Assembly (NCBI GenBank): GCA_964270895.1
Contig: OZ185437.1
Length of the DNA stretch: 64,000 nucleotides
Direction: 5' to 3' (one strand)
Origin: Podarcis filfolensis
Taxonomy: Eukaryota
The position numbers and the translations under genes are program-made. This document shows, in pieces, positions 12,401 to 24,400 of this stretch. The notes under the pieces were generated by a model. It was not told the DNA's origin. It was given only the letters and a program-made list of their open reading frames with translations, and did no database searches. The stretch's first letter is position 1. Every line of letters begins with the position of its first letter.

Positions 12401-15400
12401 CTGTTAGTACTTGTCTCCAAGCTTTTTCTTTCACAAATTGCTAGGACAGGAAGCCCAATTCAGAATGGGACTGTGGGGAGGTGGGGAGGGGCAGTCTTTA
12501 ACCCTTTGCCTCATGCTGGGACCCTGATTTGGATCTCACCACATGTCTACAATTTGCAGAGGGGGGGACATCTGTCCGTAACAATGGGAGATCTTTTCCC
12601 CCACTGCAAATTCCACATACTGGGGGCCCCCAAGATCAGGAACATAGCAGGGGCAACAGGTTAAACTCCACCCACAGCCAGGGTTCCAGATCTAGATTGG
12701 CCATCGATTGTCCTGGCATTTTTTGGAAGTAGCAGCTTGCACTCAAGGACAAACTACGCTGAGTAATGTCATGTGTAGCATTTTCTCCATGTGTTTAATG
12801 TGCATGTGGACACATGCATTTCCAGTTATATTAGGCACAACACAAGTATGAAAGACTGAAGAGTTTCTCGGCATCATGCAATGGGACCAGTAAAATATTG
12901 TATCATTTAAGTTCTTCAAATTACTTGCTGGTACAGGACTGACTGCAGATTTCAAGGGTTTGATTCGGGAGTTACTCTTACACGCTTGGCGGATGTGAGA
13001 TTTCAGGTTCTACTCAGCCTCCAATATCCCCCCCACCTCCACCCCTTATTTGAATACAGTGTAACATTTGGAAATGGGGTGTGTGTGTGTGTGTGTGTGT
13101 GTGTGTAGGGTAAAATATAATAAACTTAAATTGTGTGATTGATACTCCCTAATAAATTGGGGAAAGCAATGTGATTTGGGCCTATAATCATTGGGTTTTC
13201 TGAGGTCCCTGGAGTTTCCAAGGTAGTGGTGGCCTTGAGAATGCCCCCTTGTGCCCATGAAGAGTCTGATACACACCCTGTCTCACTGCCCCCTTCATCA
13301 TGAGGTTCCCTCTTGAAACATCAATGGAGTTGAAGGAGGAAACAAGAAGAGTCATTCTCTTCCCCATTTCCTCTGTTAGTTCTACAGGCTCAATTCAGCC
13401 CCTGATTAGGCGGGAAACGGGGATGACAAAGAAAGAAAATGGAAGTGGCCAGTGGGGAAAAGTGGGGAGGCTACAGGAATCAGGAAGTGAGGGAACGATC
13501 CCTTCCAAACTGTTTTTAAATTTCTCCTACCTAACCACCATCAAATCACATGTCACACCTGTTGCCACTGACTAAACCATGAAAATCATGGATCTGGTGC
13601 CATTTGCGATGGATGCGAACAACAGAGCTTTGTGGCCGCCGACTGGAGATCCCTGCAAAACCATCACTAAATCGTGTGCCACCTCTTCGTCTACTCTGAT
13701 AGTTTTGCTGTGATCCTCTGTAAAAACTGCGAAAATATATGAAGAGCAGTGCTTTGGATCCAGATTTCTGTGATATTAGCAAACGCCAGATTTGTGATTT
13801 TTAATATAGTCTATTACTGTAAACTTTAATCTGATAGGTTTTTGTGGGCATCCCATGAAAACTCATGCAAATTCCACCAGACAAACTTTTACCTAGAACC
13901 CATGTAAAAGAACTTAAGGGGGGGGGTTAGCATGTGCTGACCTGGAAGAGATTAAAAAACCAAATGGATCATACCCATAGTACACACTCTATGAATTCTG
14001 AATGGGCCTCAAAGGTTGACAACTCCTGTAACTTATAAAAAACATTACACCCCCATATTAACATCCAGAGGACTAGCCAGGAACACGTGGTGGGAAAGGC
14101 ATGAAGGTATTATCATTTCCCATCATAAGTAGGGAATATTATTGTCCAAACACTGTTTCTCCTTTTTGTCTTGAATGTAGCCTTTCAGGAAAAAACACCC
14201 ATGTATCAGTTATGTAGTCTGGTGAATTTAAATAAAAACACTAGTATGTAAATTATATTTGTTCTTAAGCACATTAAAGTAAAGCACTTTAAAGTAAAGG
14301 TTGTATCCAATGCCAGCCCTACTCAGAGCAGAACCATTGATATCAATAGGCGTGACTAACTTAGGTCCAGGAAGTTCAATGAGTTTTCTTTGAGTAAAAC
14401 ATAAGCTGAATACAATGAAATGTTCTTGTGACACATTTGGCACTTTAAAGGATGTAAGGAACAAGACAAAACAACACTGTGCCATGCACCTGGTACCATC
14501 TACTCTCAAGCAGTGTTTTAATACCTGTTTCTTAGGAGAATCTGCTTTTTCAGACTTTTCTCCTCCGCCTTTGCCGAGGCTCTTGGTGATGTTTGAAACC
14601 CATTTCAGTAAGTCCCCAGCTTTTTCGACGTGTTCTTTCTTCTCCTCTTCCACTGACTTCTGATGAACAATGTGCATTGCAAATATATATATATATATAT
14701 TTAAAATTGCAGGTATATTAAGCTGACAGCCACCCCGAAAAACAGTTACACTGTCAAAAATTTTATTGTGGAAGATGCCAGATAATGAGCTTTATTTTTT
14801 ACTTTCTTTTTTATCCCCATTACCACAGTCATTCTTATGCATGCTTTTTTTTTTAAAAAAAAGGTATACAATAATAAAAAAGTAATTGAAGTAATTAATT
14901 CAAAACATCTGAAAAAACTAAGATAGCCATTATGATACATATAAACACATTCATATACATAGATGATGGAACTCACATTACAGAAACCTCCCAGCCACCA
15001 CTGCACAAGCCAAATCTAAGCAAGGGTTTGCAAAGGAAAACACTCTAAATCGCAGCCTTTGCATTAGATGTACACCCAGTTCTAGATAATCATGCTGCTG
15101 AAGAAGACAATGAAATTCAATAATATACTTAAATCCTGTGCAATTAACATAGCATCTTACATGTTTCTCCTGAGGAGGAAAATTACTAATTTTGTAGCCA
15201 ACTTTATTGCCGATTTCAGGTTTAAGTTTAATATGGTGGTTTTTTTAAATGTAAAGAATCATGGAGTAGGAGGAAAACCAGAAAAATAATAATCATGTAA
15301 CAGAAGTCTATCATTTTCTCTGAAATTTTCAGTGTCACTCAGAATCTTATCCCCACGTAACTTGGGCTGCAATACTAACCCCACTTAAGGACTACAAGCC

Positions 15401-18400
15401 ATTAAATTCAACAGGACTTTCTTCTGAGTAGACATGGGGAGCACTGTGCTGTTACAAGGGAGTAAACGCCACCAAGCACAGAGAGGCTTGCTTCCACGTA
15501 AACATGCCGTTAGAAGAATATCCAGTCTTTATGACAGAACCCACACCACAGTAAACTTTGCACCTGCAAGCAAGCATCCTGTCAAATCTATTTATGATAA
15601 TCATGAATGAATCTTTGCATATTAAGTTGCACACAAATATTCAAGTGCCATTGACTTCAATGGGAGGGTTTACATACTTAGTTCCCTATTTAACTTTGGC
15701 TGAATCAATGGAGATAGCGCAGTCGGTGGGTCATGGGTTTGAGCCCCACGTTGGGCAAAATATTCCTGCATTGCAGGGGGTTGGTTAGATGACACTTGTG
15801 GTCCCTTCCAACTCTAGAATTTTTTTGATTTTGCAGGATGGTATTGCATCATACACTGATATAAATGCAACAGGGCATATTGTTTCACTTCTGAAAATTT
15901 CCCAAGAGCAGCTGGAATGGCAAAAACAACAACTCTGCAACACATTGCTACCACAATGATCCCAGTTAGCAAGCTGCTAATACCATTTATACAACATAGA
16001 GGAACAATTCAGGGATAGTTTTAAGTACAGGTCCTAATGATTTCAAGGAGAAGTAAAGCATTAGCTAAAATCTTCCACCAAAACCAATGGGGCATAGAAG
16101 TGCTTAACTCTTATCAAATTGTGCATCATAATTACAAGCATGGAGCAATGTTAAATCTACTGTATGCTGAAAACTATACATAAGCAAACTCAAAATGCTT
16201 TGTTCTGCTTAGAAATCAGCCAGTAACCCTATTTTACAACCCAATTAAATCATAGGGAATCATTTCCATGAGCCAGATGGTTTAAATTACTGCAGGCCAA
16301 TTTAATAACTTCCATTGTTAAATTATGACTGTGAGGAAAAATACAGACTAGAAATTCCTGAGGAAATGAGCTCAGCTGCTTCTAGCAATCGTAGCCCTGT
16401 GTGGCAGTCAAAAACTGCATTATCAAGGGCTTCTTTATACGTCAATTTCTTCTTTGTCTTGGGACACGTAATACCTTTTAAGTAGAATTTGTCATTTTTC
16501 ATCTTTGTAGCAGTGACGGCATCAATAATGCCCCTTTTAATAGCTTCTTCCATCGATAATCTGCAATGAGACTTGGGATCTATCAATCCACCAGTCAGAT
16601 GTTGATACTCTAGGCAGCGAATGCCCATTTCTTTCTCTAGGACATTTGTATTCATTGCTTCAACAGCTGACAGAACACTCTTTGTTACAGGGTGAATAAT
16701 CCCAGTAAAGACCAGTTCACACTGCTGGACGTGCTTAGCAGACGCCTCATCAATCAGCTCCCTTTGCAAGGCCTCTGCCACACTATATTTCTTCCCAGTA
16801 AAGGGATCAATTATACCTCCCGTGCTTGCTTGTGCTTCAAGGCACCTCAGCGCTGTGGTTCTCTCCACTAGGTTTTTGCGAGCAGCTTTCAGAAGAGGCA
16901 TTCTCTCATTTGTCTCGGGCAGCCAGACACCAGCAATGGGGCTGTTGGCATCTGTGCGCGGTTTAGAATTGCTCAACAAAACATCCGCAAGCTCGCTGGC
17001 TGTGATTTGCCCTTCCTTGTATTGACTGACTAGCATTCTATCAACTTTGCCATCAGCTAATGCCTCGTCAATGTTGAACTGCATTCTAGTTTTTAGATCT
17101 GTCAGCACAAGGTAAGAATTTCCATGGTGATCAAAGCATGTGGATTCTTTCCACTGAAATTCTTGCCCTGACAGCTGGAGGTAGGTACTTTTGTCTATCA
17201 GGGACTTTTTATAAGCCTCGTAGGAGGTCATTTCTGCTCCAGTTGTAATATCTACCACAGATATTTTATGAATTTTTTCTGCAGACGGAGTGGTTATTTT
17301 TCTCTCCCCAACAGGGAGCAGGAAGCATTTGCTTCCGATATCAAGTAAACACAGCTTCAGCAAATCATTATAATACATGGCTTGCCTATTATTTGGATTC
17401 TGGAAGACTTTTTTATTACTGGAATGTTCATATATAAATTTCAGAACGGTGTTGTTCAGCAAGCCCAGCTGGACCGCAACTTCAGGACGCACACGGACAC
17501 TTCTCACAGGGTCAATAATACCTCCACTTGCTATCTGAGCTTCAATAAAACTTTTGCCTTTCTGCCTTTCAAGGATTCTGGTTTCAATTGCTTGATAAAC
17601 AGACAGCTTTTTCCCAGAAAATAGATATCCTAAAACTGCCTTTTCTGCCTCAAGAAGCCTGCTTTTGTATTCATGATCCACAAGTCCCTTGGCAACTGAA
17701 TCATCAACAGAGTATTTCTGACCTGCTGTGGGGTCAATGATAAAACCAGTGGCGGCCTGGGCTTCAAGCAGTGCTAACACAGATGCTTTTTCAATTATTC
17801 TCTGCTTAGCTGCAGAAGCAAATGAGACCTTCCCTTTACTAGATTCAATATACAACCCAGCTATTGCAGTAGGCTTAGTCAAAAAATTCTCAAGATTTTT
17901 TTGAACCTCAGCAATGGCCTTCTTTCCTGAATGAAGCTGTTCAGCTGTGCTCAGGTCTAGAAGTTTAACTTCAATCAACTGCTTGGCAGTTACATCATGC
18001 CGGAGACCTTGAAATTTGATATTATCATATTCAGAGGGGATCAGAGCAACCTCCTTGGCTTGCTTTTCCTCTAAGATGGCACTGATCTTTGATAAATCTT
18101 CATTTTGGAGATTCTGTAAATAGGAATTGTTTGACATAATGAAGGATACTGTACTTAGAAAATAGCATCAAGTTATTAATCTAGCCCATAAACAGGGAGA
18201 GGGGGAGAGATGCAGAATATGAACAGCAAACACTAAGAATCAGCAAACTTTATTAACCCTGGCAATATGGAATTTGGTTTGAGAAGGAAAGTGGGATGGA
18301 ATGACAGCAAAGTGTAAAAAGAGAAACTATCTCTTAGCAATATCATCAGCCTTCTAATTGCAAACTCAGGTGGTGAATGAAGGCAGGAAATCCCCAAGAT

Positions 18401-21400
18401 TCACAGAAGCACTATATATTAAAACCTAAGGGGGCAAAACCAAACAAACCCTCAAAGGAGACAATCCTCAGAGCATGCTCAGTAGCTATGGAATACAGAG
18501 TGCAGCTGGAAAAGAAAAACAAAACACAGCGTGGGAAGAGTGGAATGGCCAGTTTGGAGGGAACTGCTGAGAGAACCCTGAACAGGGTCACTCCTTTGGG
18601 CGAAATGAGAGACTGCACCTTTTTGCTCCAAGTACCACTTTAAAAAATCTAATGCGGATGTGAACAACTTGGATTTGTGAATTTCTTTCTTCATTCTAGG
18701 AAGCCAGGCCTGTTGTATGTGCAGTATAATACTTAAGAGAGATCTTGGACTTCTGTAGGCCACAAAAAATCATTCGGCAGTTGGATGGGGAGCTATTAAG
18801 GTTAGAAGTGCACTTTTTGCCTCCACCTCATGTCTTGTTGAAATCATAGGGTGTGGGGACAACTGTGGGCAGAGAATGGTGTAAAGACACATCATTCTGC
18901 CTGCTGCTTTTATCTGGCAAACACCATTTTGCAGAAAAGTGTGCTCTTCGGTATGTAGGGCCCCCTCTTTTAAACAAATGGGGAACCTTTTGGTGGGTGT
19001 TGGTGGGTGAACTTTTTGCTTCCACACATGCAAGCAACTTCTGCATCTGCACAAATGTCTTGGGGTTATAATGCGGATTGATGCGTGCCAGATGTAAGAA
19101 AGTGTTCGATATCAGATAAGATGAAAACATAGAAATAGAACAGAAAAGCAATGAAGATTACAGGAGAACAGAAAGTTGTAACAACAACACCCAAGCAATA
19201 TCAAACGCCATCAAATGTGCCATGTACCTCCAATGGATGCAGGCGCTTCCCTAAGCCCACTTCATAACTCTCTTCAAGCCTGGAACTGAGGAGTTTGCCG
19301 TCTCTCAATTTATCTATTTCTGAAATTCTTGTGATAGGGTTGCTCTTATCAACCGTTATCTCAAACTCTGTGCTTGTCTGGGAAACATATTCGGCATAGG
19401 ACTGTTGACTTATTCCATTTTCCAGTTGGTGGGTTACTCCGGACAACTGGAATGGCTTCTCTCGTTGCAATGAATCAGTGGCAACTGTTTGCAACTTCTG
19501 TGCAACCAGCGGTTCAGATTTGCAACTTGAGCCACTTAGGTGTCTCCTTCTTAATAAAGGAGATGTGGTCGTACAGAGGTTAACATGTTCAAAATCTCTT
19601 GGGGAGGTGTCTCCCAAGTAACTAAACCCATTTCCCTTCCACCCAAAGTCTAACTGGATGTTCCTTTTGTTGATCTCATTCTGAAACCAACGCAGCTGAT
19701 TGCCGTGATCTCTTTTCTGCAGGTCTATTTGGTGCTTCAAGTTCTCTACTGTCCGCCTCTGCATTTGCAACTCTTCTTCCATTTTGCGGTATTTCTGCAC
19801 ATACTCCATTTCTGCATGCTTGCCTTGCTGAAGCTGCTCACGGGATTTCTGAAGTCTGTCTTGCAGGTCTTCAATTTGAAGTTTATACATTCGAATGTTG
19901 TCTTGAGCCATGTGGTTTTCTTGCTGCAGGGTGATGCATTCCATCCTGATACCAGATATGTCATTTTCCGCTATGTTGTGAGTTTCCAAGAGTTTTTCAA
20001 ATTTCTTCCTAAACTCTTCTGCAGAATGCTTGAACGCAATTGATTCTTCCTGAAGTAAAGCCACATTTTGGCGCGCCATTTGTTCCTCCAAGGTCTTCTG
20101 ATGCAAGTCATCTTGCAGCTTCTTCATCTTGCTATTGAGCTCATGAATATGGGACTGCTGCTGCTGGACCTTCTGCTCGTTCATCTTCATTTCCATAGTG
20201 AATGTACTCATCTGAGTACGTAGGTTTCTTATTTCCATCTCTGCATTCATGTTATAAGCATTGTCCCTGTCACATTTCTGCTTAAATTCACCGGCTAATT
20301 CTTTTGCTTTTATTAGCTCATCTTCTAATCTCTTGATGTGATCCAAGTGCTCCTGCTCAAGTATTATCTGTTTGTGCAGTTGTTCGTTTGTGATACGTAG
20401 TTGCTCTTTGAAACCTTCAGCCAGGGCTTTTAATTCATCATTTTTTCTGTCAATAATTTGTCTTTCAAGAATTATCTTCTCTGAATCGGTCCGGACTTCA
20501 GTCATCATTATTTTGGTCTCGCTGTTCCATCTAGAAAGCTCCTCAACCTTCTGTTTTAACTTTTCCACTAAGTGATTGCTATCTGCTAAATCATCTTTCA
20601 GTCTTTGAATCTTCAGCTGGTTTTCTTTTTCTTCTCTTGTCTTTTGAAGGAATTGTTCCTGCATTTTTTTTAACTGTTCTTGTAGGCTGGTTGTTTCCCC
20701 TCTGCATGAAACAGTTCTCTGTTCAGCTGCCATTTTTTCTTGCTGAAGAGAAGTGATTTGGGAATGCAATTGCTGAATAGTAATCCCAGTGTGTGTGTGT
20801 GTCCTAGCCAACTCCTCCAGCTCCATCTTTAACAGTGCCTTTTCCTTCTGAAGTGACCTCAGCTCTTCTTGATACTTCATATTTATTTTCTTCAGATCCA
20901 TGGCTTCTTGCATTACCTCTTCAGCTTTGCCTGTGGTTTTCTGCAGCTGCCTGTCAAGCTCCTTCAGCTGCTCCAAGTATCCTTGCTCTACCAGCTCTTT
21001 CTGATCCAGCTCTACTTTAAGGCGCCTGAGAGAATTATTGGCATCATCCAGTTTTTCTTTTAGTAAGCGAGCCTTTTCTTCAGCAGATGCATTCTGCAGT
21101 TCAAGTTCACACAGTTCGTATTTTAGGTCTTTGATGGTTTTCTCGGACTTTTTGTTGGCAAATGTTAGCTCATCCACCAGTTGCTGGAATTCCTCAATGT
21201 TTTTCAGTTCTTGCTTTTCTCTGAAAATGTCTGAACCTGTTGGCAACAGAGTTTCTTGTCCTATTATAGTAATTTGCCTTCTGACTTCAGTTATTTCCTT
21301 TTCTCTGCACTTGCTTTTCACCAGACTACCTTGAAACTCCATGTCTTGTTCCATTTCCTTAATGAGTTTCACAAGTTTCTCTTCTTCAGCAGTCTTCTTC

Positions 21401-24400
21401 CTCAGCTCCTCCATCAGTGCTTTCTTTTGCTGCTCTAAATCTTGAAGATTGGTGTCCTTCCTTCTTAACTTATCTTCAAGAGTATCTCTAGCCACAGCAG
21501 TTTCCTCTAGCTGCATTCTGAAAGCTCTGAACTTTTCTTCAACCATACTTCTCTGAGCCTCAGTCTTCAAAGCGAGCTGCTTCACACGCTCCAATTCCTG
21601 CTCTGCATCTTCTTTCTCTTTAAGAGCATCCTCTAGTTCCATGCGATAGCGCTTTGCTTCTTGCTCAGCCTTGGCTTTCTGGAGAGAAATCTCCTCCATT
21701 TTTGTCTGCTGCTTCTTCATTTCTTTCTCTGCATCGGCCTTTGCTTTGGGAAGTTCTACTTCCAACTGGAACTTCTGTTTCCTCAACTCATCCAACATCT
21801 CCTCAAGCTCGTTTATCCTCTCCATAAGTTTTCTGTTCTCACTCATTACTTCTTTTTGCTGCTGCTCCAGATCAGAATATTCACCACGTACTAGTGCCTC
21901 CTTATTCTTCAGGATCTGCCAAAAAAAAATAAGGCAACAAGAAACATTGAAATCCATTCTTTTAAAACGTTAGGTAATGTTGTAATGTTAAAATGCACAG
22001 TTGCAAATACTTACAAACTTCAACTACAGCATGTCAGCAGCACAGACTGAGGGATTCCCACCACCACTGTCACCATCAGAAAGGGACCGTTAGTTAGAGT
22101 AAAGAAGGAAATGAAGGAATCCACCAGCTGAAGTCCTCAAGAAGAATCCCTTTGCTTTCAGGATAAGAGTTGTTTCATAGGTTGAAGGTGATGCCCAGAA
22201 GCTCACTTGCATGAGTCCTTGCTTAAAAGCTACAGAGCAACTTCTCAGCAAAACACACCATGCAAGAAAAAAGCACTTCATCATTTGATGGTTAGTTGAA
22301 TAAGAAGAGGAGAGCGTTTTAGTGTAAAACATGATACAATTAGCAAGAAACCACATTTAATTAGCCATGTCCTTCAACAATAGTTATTTAGGCTCTGAAC
22401 ATAATGCTCTTTCTTTTAACAAAAGACTAGCACAACATTACAGTATCATTAACTCACCAAGACATACTAATGCAAAGGCAGCTTTATTTCCTTCTGGATT
22501 GAATTTAATTCTTTCTAACTATTGCTGTTAAATGAGATTTTATTTTCCAGTAGATGTCCCATTACACCAATAAATGCGACATCTACTGCTATATAACACA
22601 AACCACAAGATACTTGGAAACGCCAATGCTAAAGATCATTAAAATGTAATAATTTAATTATCTCCCCGCCCACTAATCCTGATCAGCAAAACAAGTTGTC
22701 AGCTGGGAGGTTTCTGTAGCTGATGTTGCTACATAAATGAATAAAAGGAATGATTATGCAAATCAACAGCTTAGCAGTTTGTTTAAATATTGCAACTCCA
22801 TTGAATCAGTTTTAAATCAATTTTCGCACCACACAAAGACATATTTAAGTTTCAAGTGATGATTAGGAATGATTTTGAAGTATTTATTTCTATAATACTA
22901 TTATATTCGTTATGATTGCCTCTGATTTTCAATACAACTATGTACCTCTTTCTTTTTTATTTCTTCCTTTTGGCCTATGCTTTCTCTGCACATTCTCGAT
23001 TCAAAAACTGGCTGTTCGTTTCCTGTGTTTCCATACTTTGTTCCCCTGACATCCTCTCTCAGTTTATGATTTTTGTCTTCTTCGAGTAGCTTTGAATGGT
23101 CATGTACATCTTTATGCAGCACTGACTCAGCTAGAAAAAATCCTTCCTTTTTTAAAAAAACATATCCACTTCCATCTCTACATTTTCTTTGTGAACACCA
23201 GTGAATAGAGTGGTCAAAGCACAGACAACATTCTGTGTCAAACTCTCAGCATTTGAAGATTGCAAGAAAGGGTATCTTCAAATTTTTCCTTTCTTGGTTC
23301 ATGTCCAAATTACCCTTCCTCAAAATTATTTTGCTTTGGGAACTGGCCAGCACTACATCACTATTTATTTGAATAACATAACAATACTGAATTCATATTT
23401 TGGTTGATGTTGCTTTGCATCATACCACAATTTAGTTCATACACTTTTAGACTATGCTGTATAACTGTGTTTTCTACTGTGTAAACCTTTGAAACAGCAC
23501 AGAAACAAGTTGTGCTTCCTTGGCCTTCAACATTTATTTTCTTTGGAATTTGTACAGTCTTTCTTGTGGGGTAGCTGTTCTAAAATTGCTGCTATCTAGA
23601 GACATATTATGTAATGTATTAGTAGTATTCACCTCTCAGAAGGACACGTGTCTTAATTGTTGCTGCATTGTCTTACTGATTCCTTCCTTGGTTTTAAATT
23701 GCTTAGGGCAGTTTTGCAACAATGGCTAACAATTCACCTGTTTGAATATTCTCTTCCACCTTTATCAGTACACTGTGAGAATATTTTTCAAAGTCTTTAT
23801 TCAGGTTCTCAGGGTGCAACCTTTCTGAAAGGCAAGTGGGTTGTTGAATTGGGCTGATTCCCATAGGATAATGCCCTGCCTTCAGACTTCTATTCTTTAT
23901 TCTCATCACAGGCTCAGAATTAGTTTTCCCATGTACTCTTGCTCTCTCCTTCAGTGAAACAGACCATTTAAATTTCTCCTCCCTTTCAACAGCAACATGC
24001 ACTGCCTCCACTGGCAGCTTTGTCTGCCTGCCATTTTTATTTGCAGACTGAATAGAAAACTCTTTTCTGAATTGGCCTTGTTCAATACTATACATCACAG
24101 GAGCTATTGAGATATCTTTGCTTGCATGCAGATGCCTCCCTTTGCCATACTTCCCAACCCTGTCCATCCTGTCATCACTACTTAGACTACTATCAAATCC
24201 AGCTGCTAAGTTGAAAGCACGGCAGTGTGAGAGAGCTTATAAGCCAATAAATATAAAGGTATTTTACAAGTTTCTCAGTACCTTAGGGAAATTCTCATAT
24301 AGAACCAATCCTGCAATAGAATTTTAGCAAACTAAAGTAGTAAAAATAGTAAGGACAATGAGAGCGGATAATTTCAGGTCAGTCTTGGTGTTCACTAGAT

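Noticed and set aside
19201-21957. ORF-track start and end of the rod ORF (MDFNVSCC... and VHGTFDGV*)
   Set aside because: Intronic extensions beyond the splice sites at 21915 and 19228.
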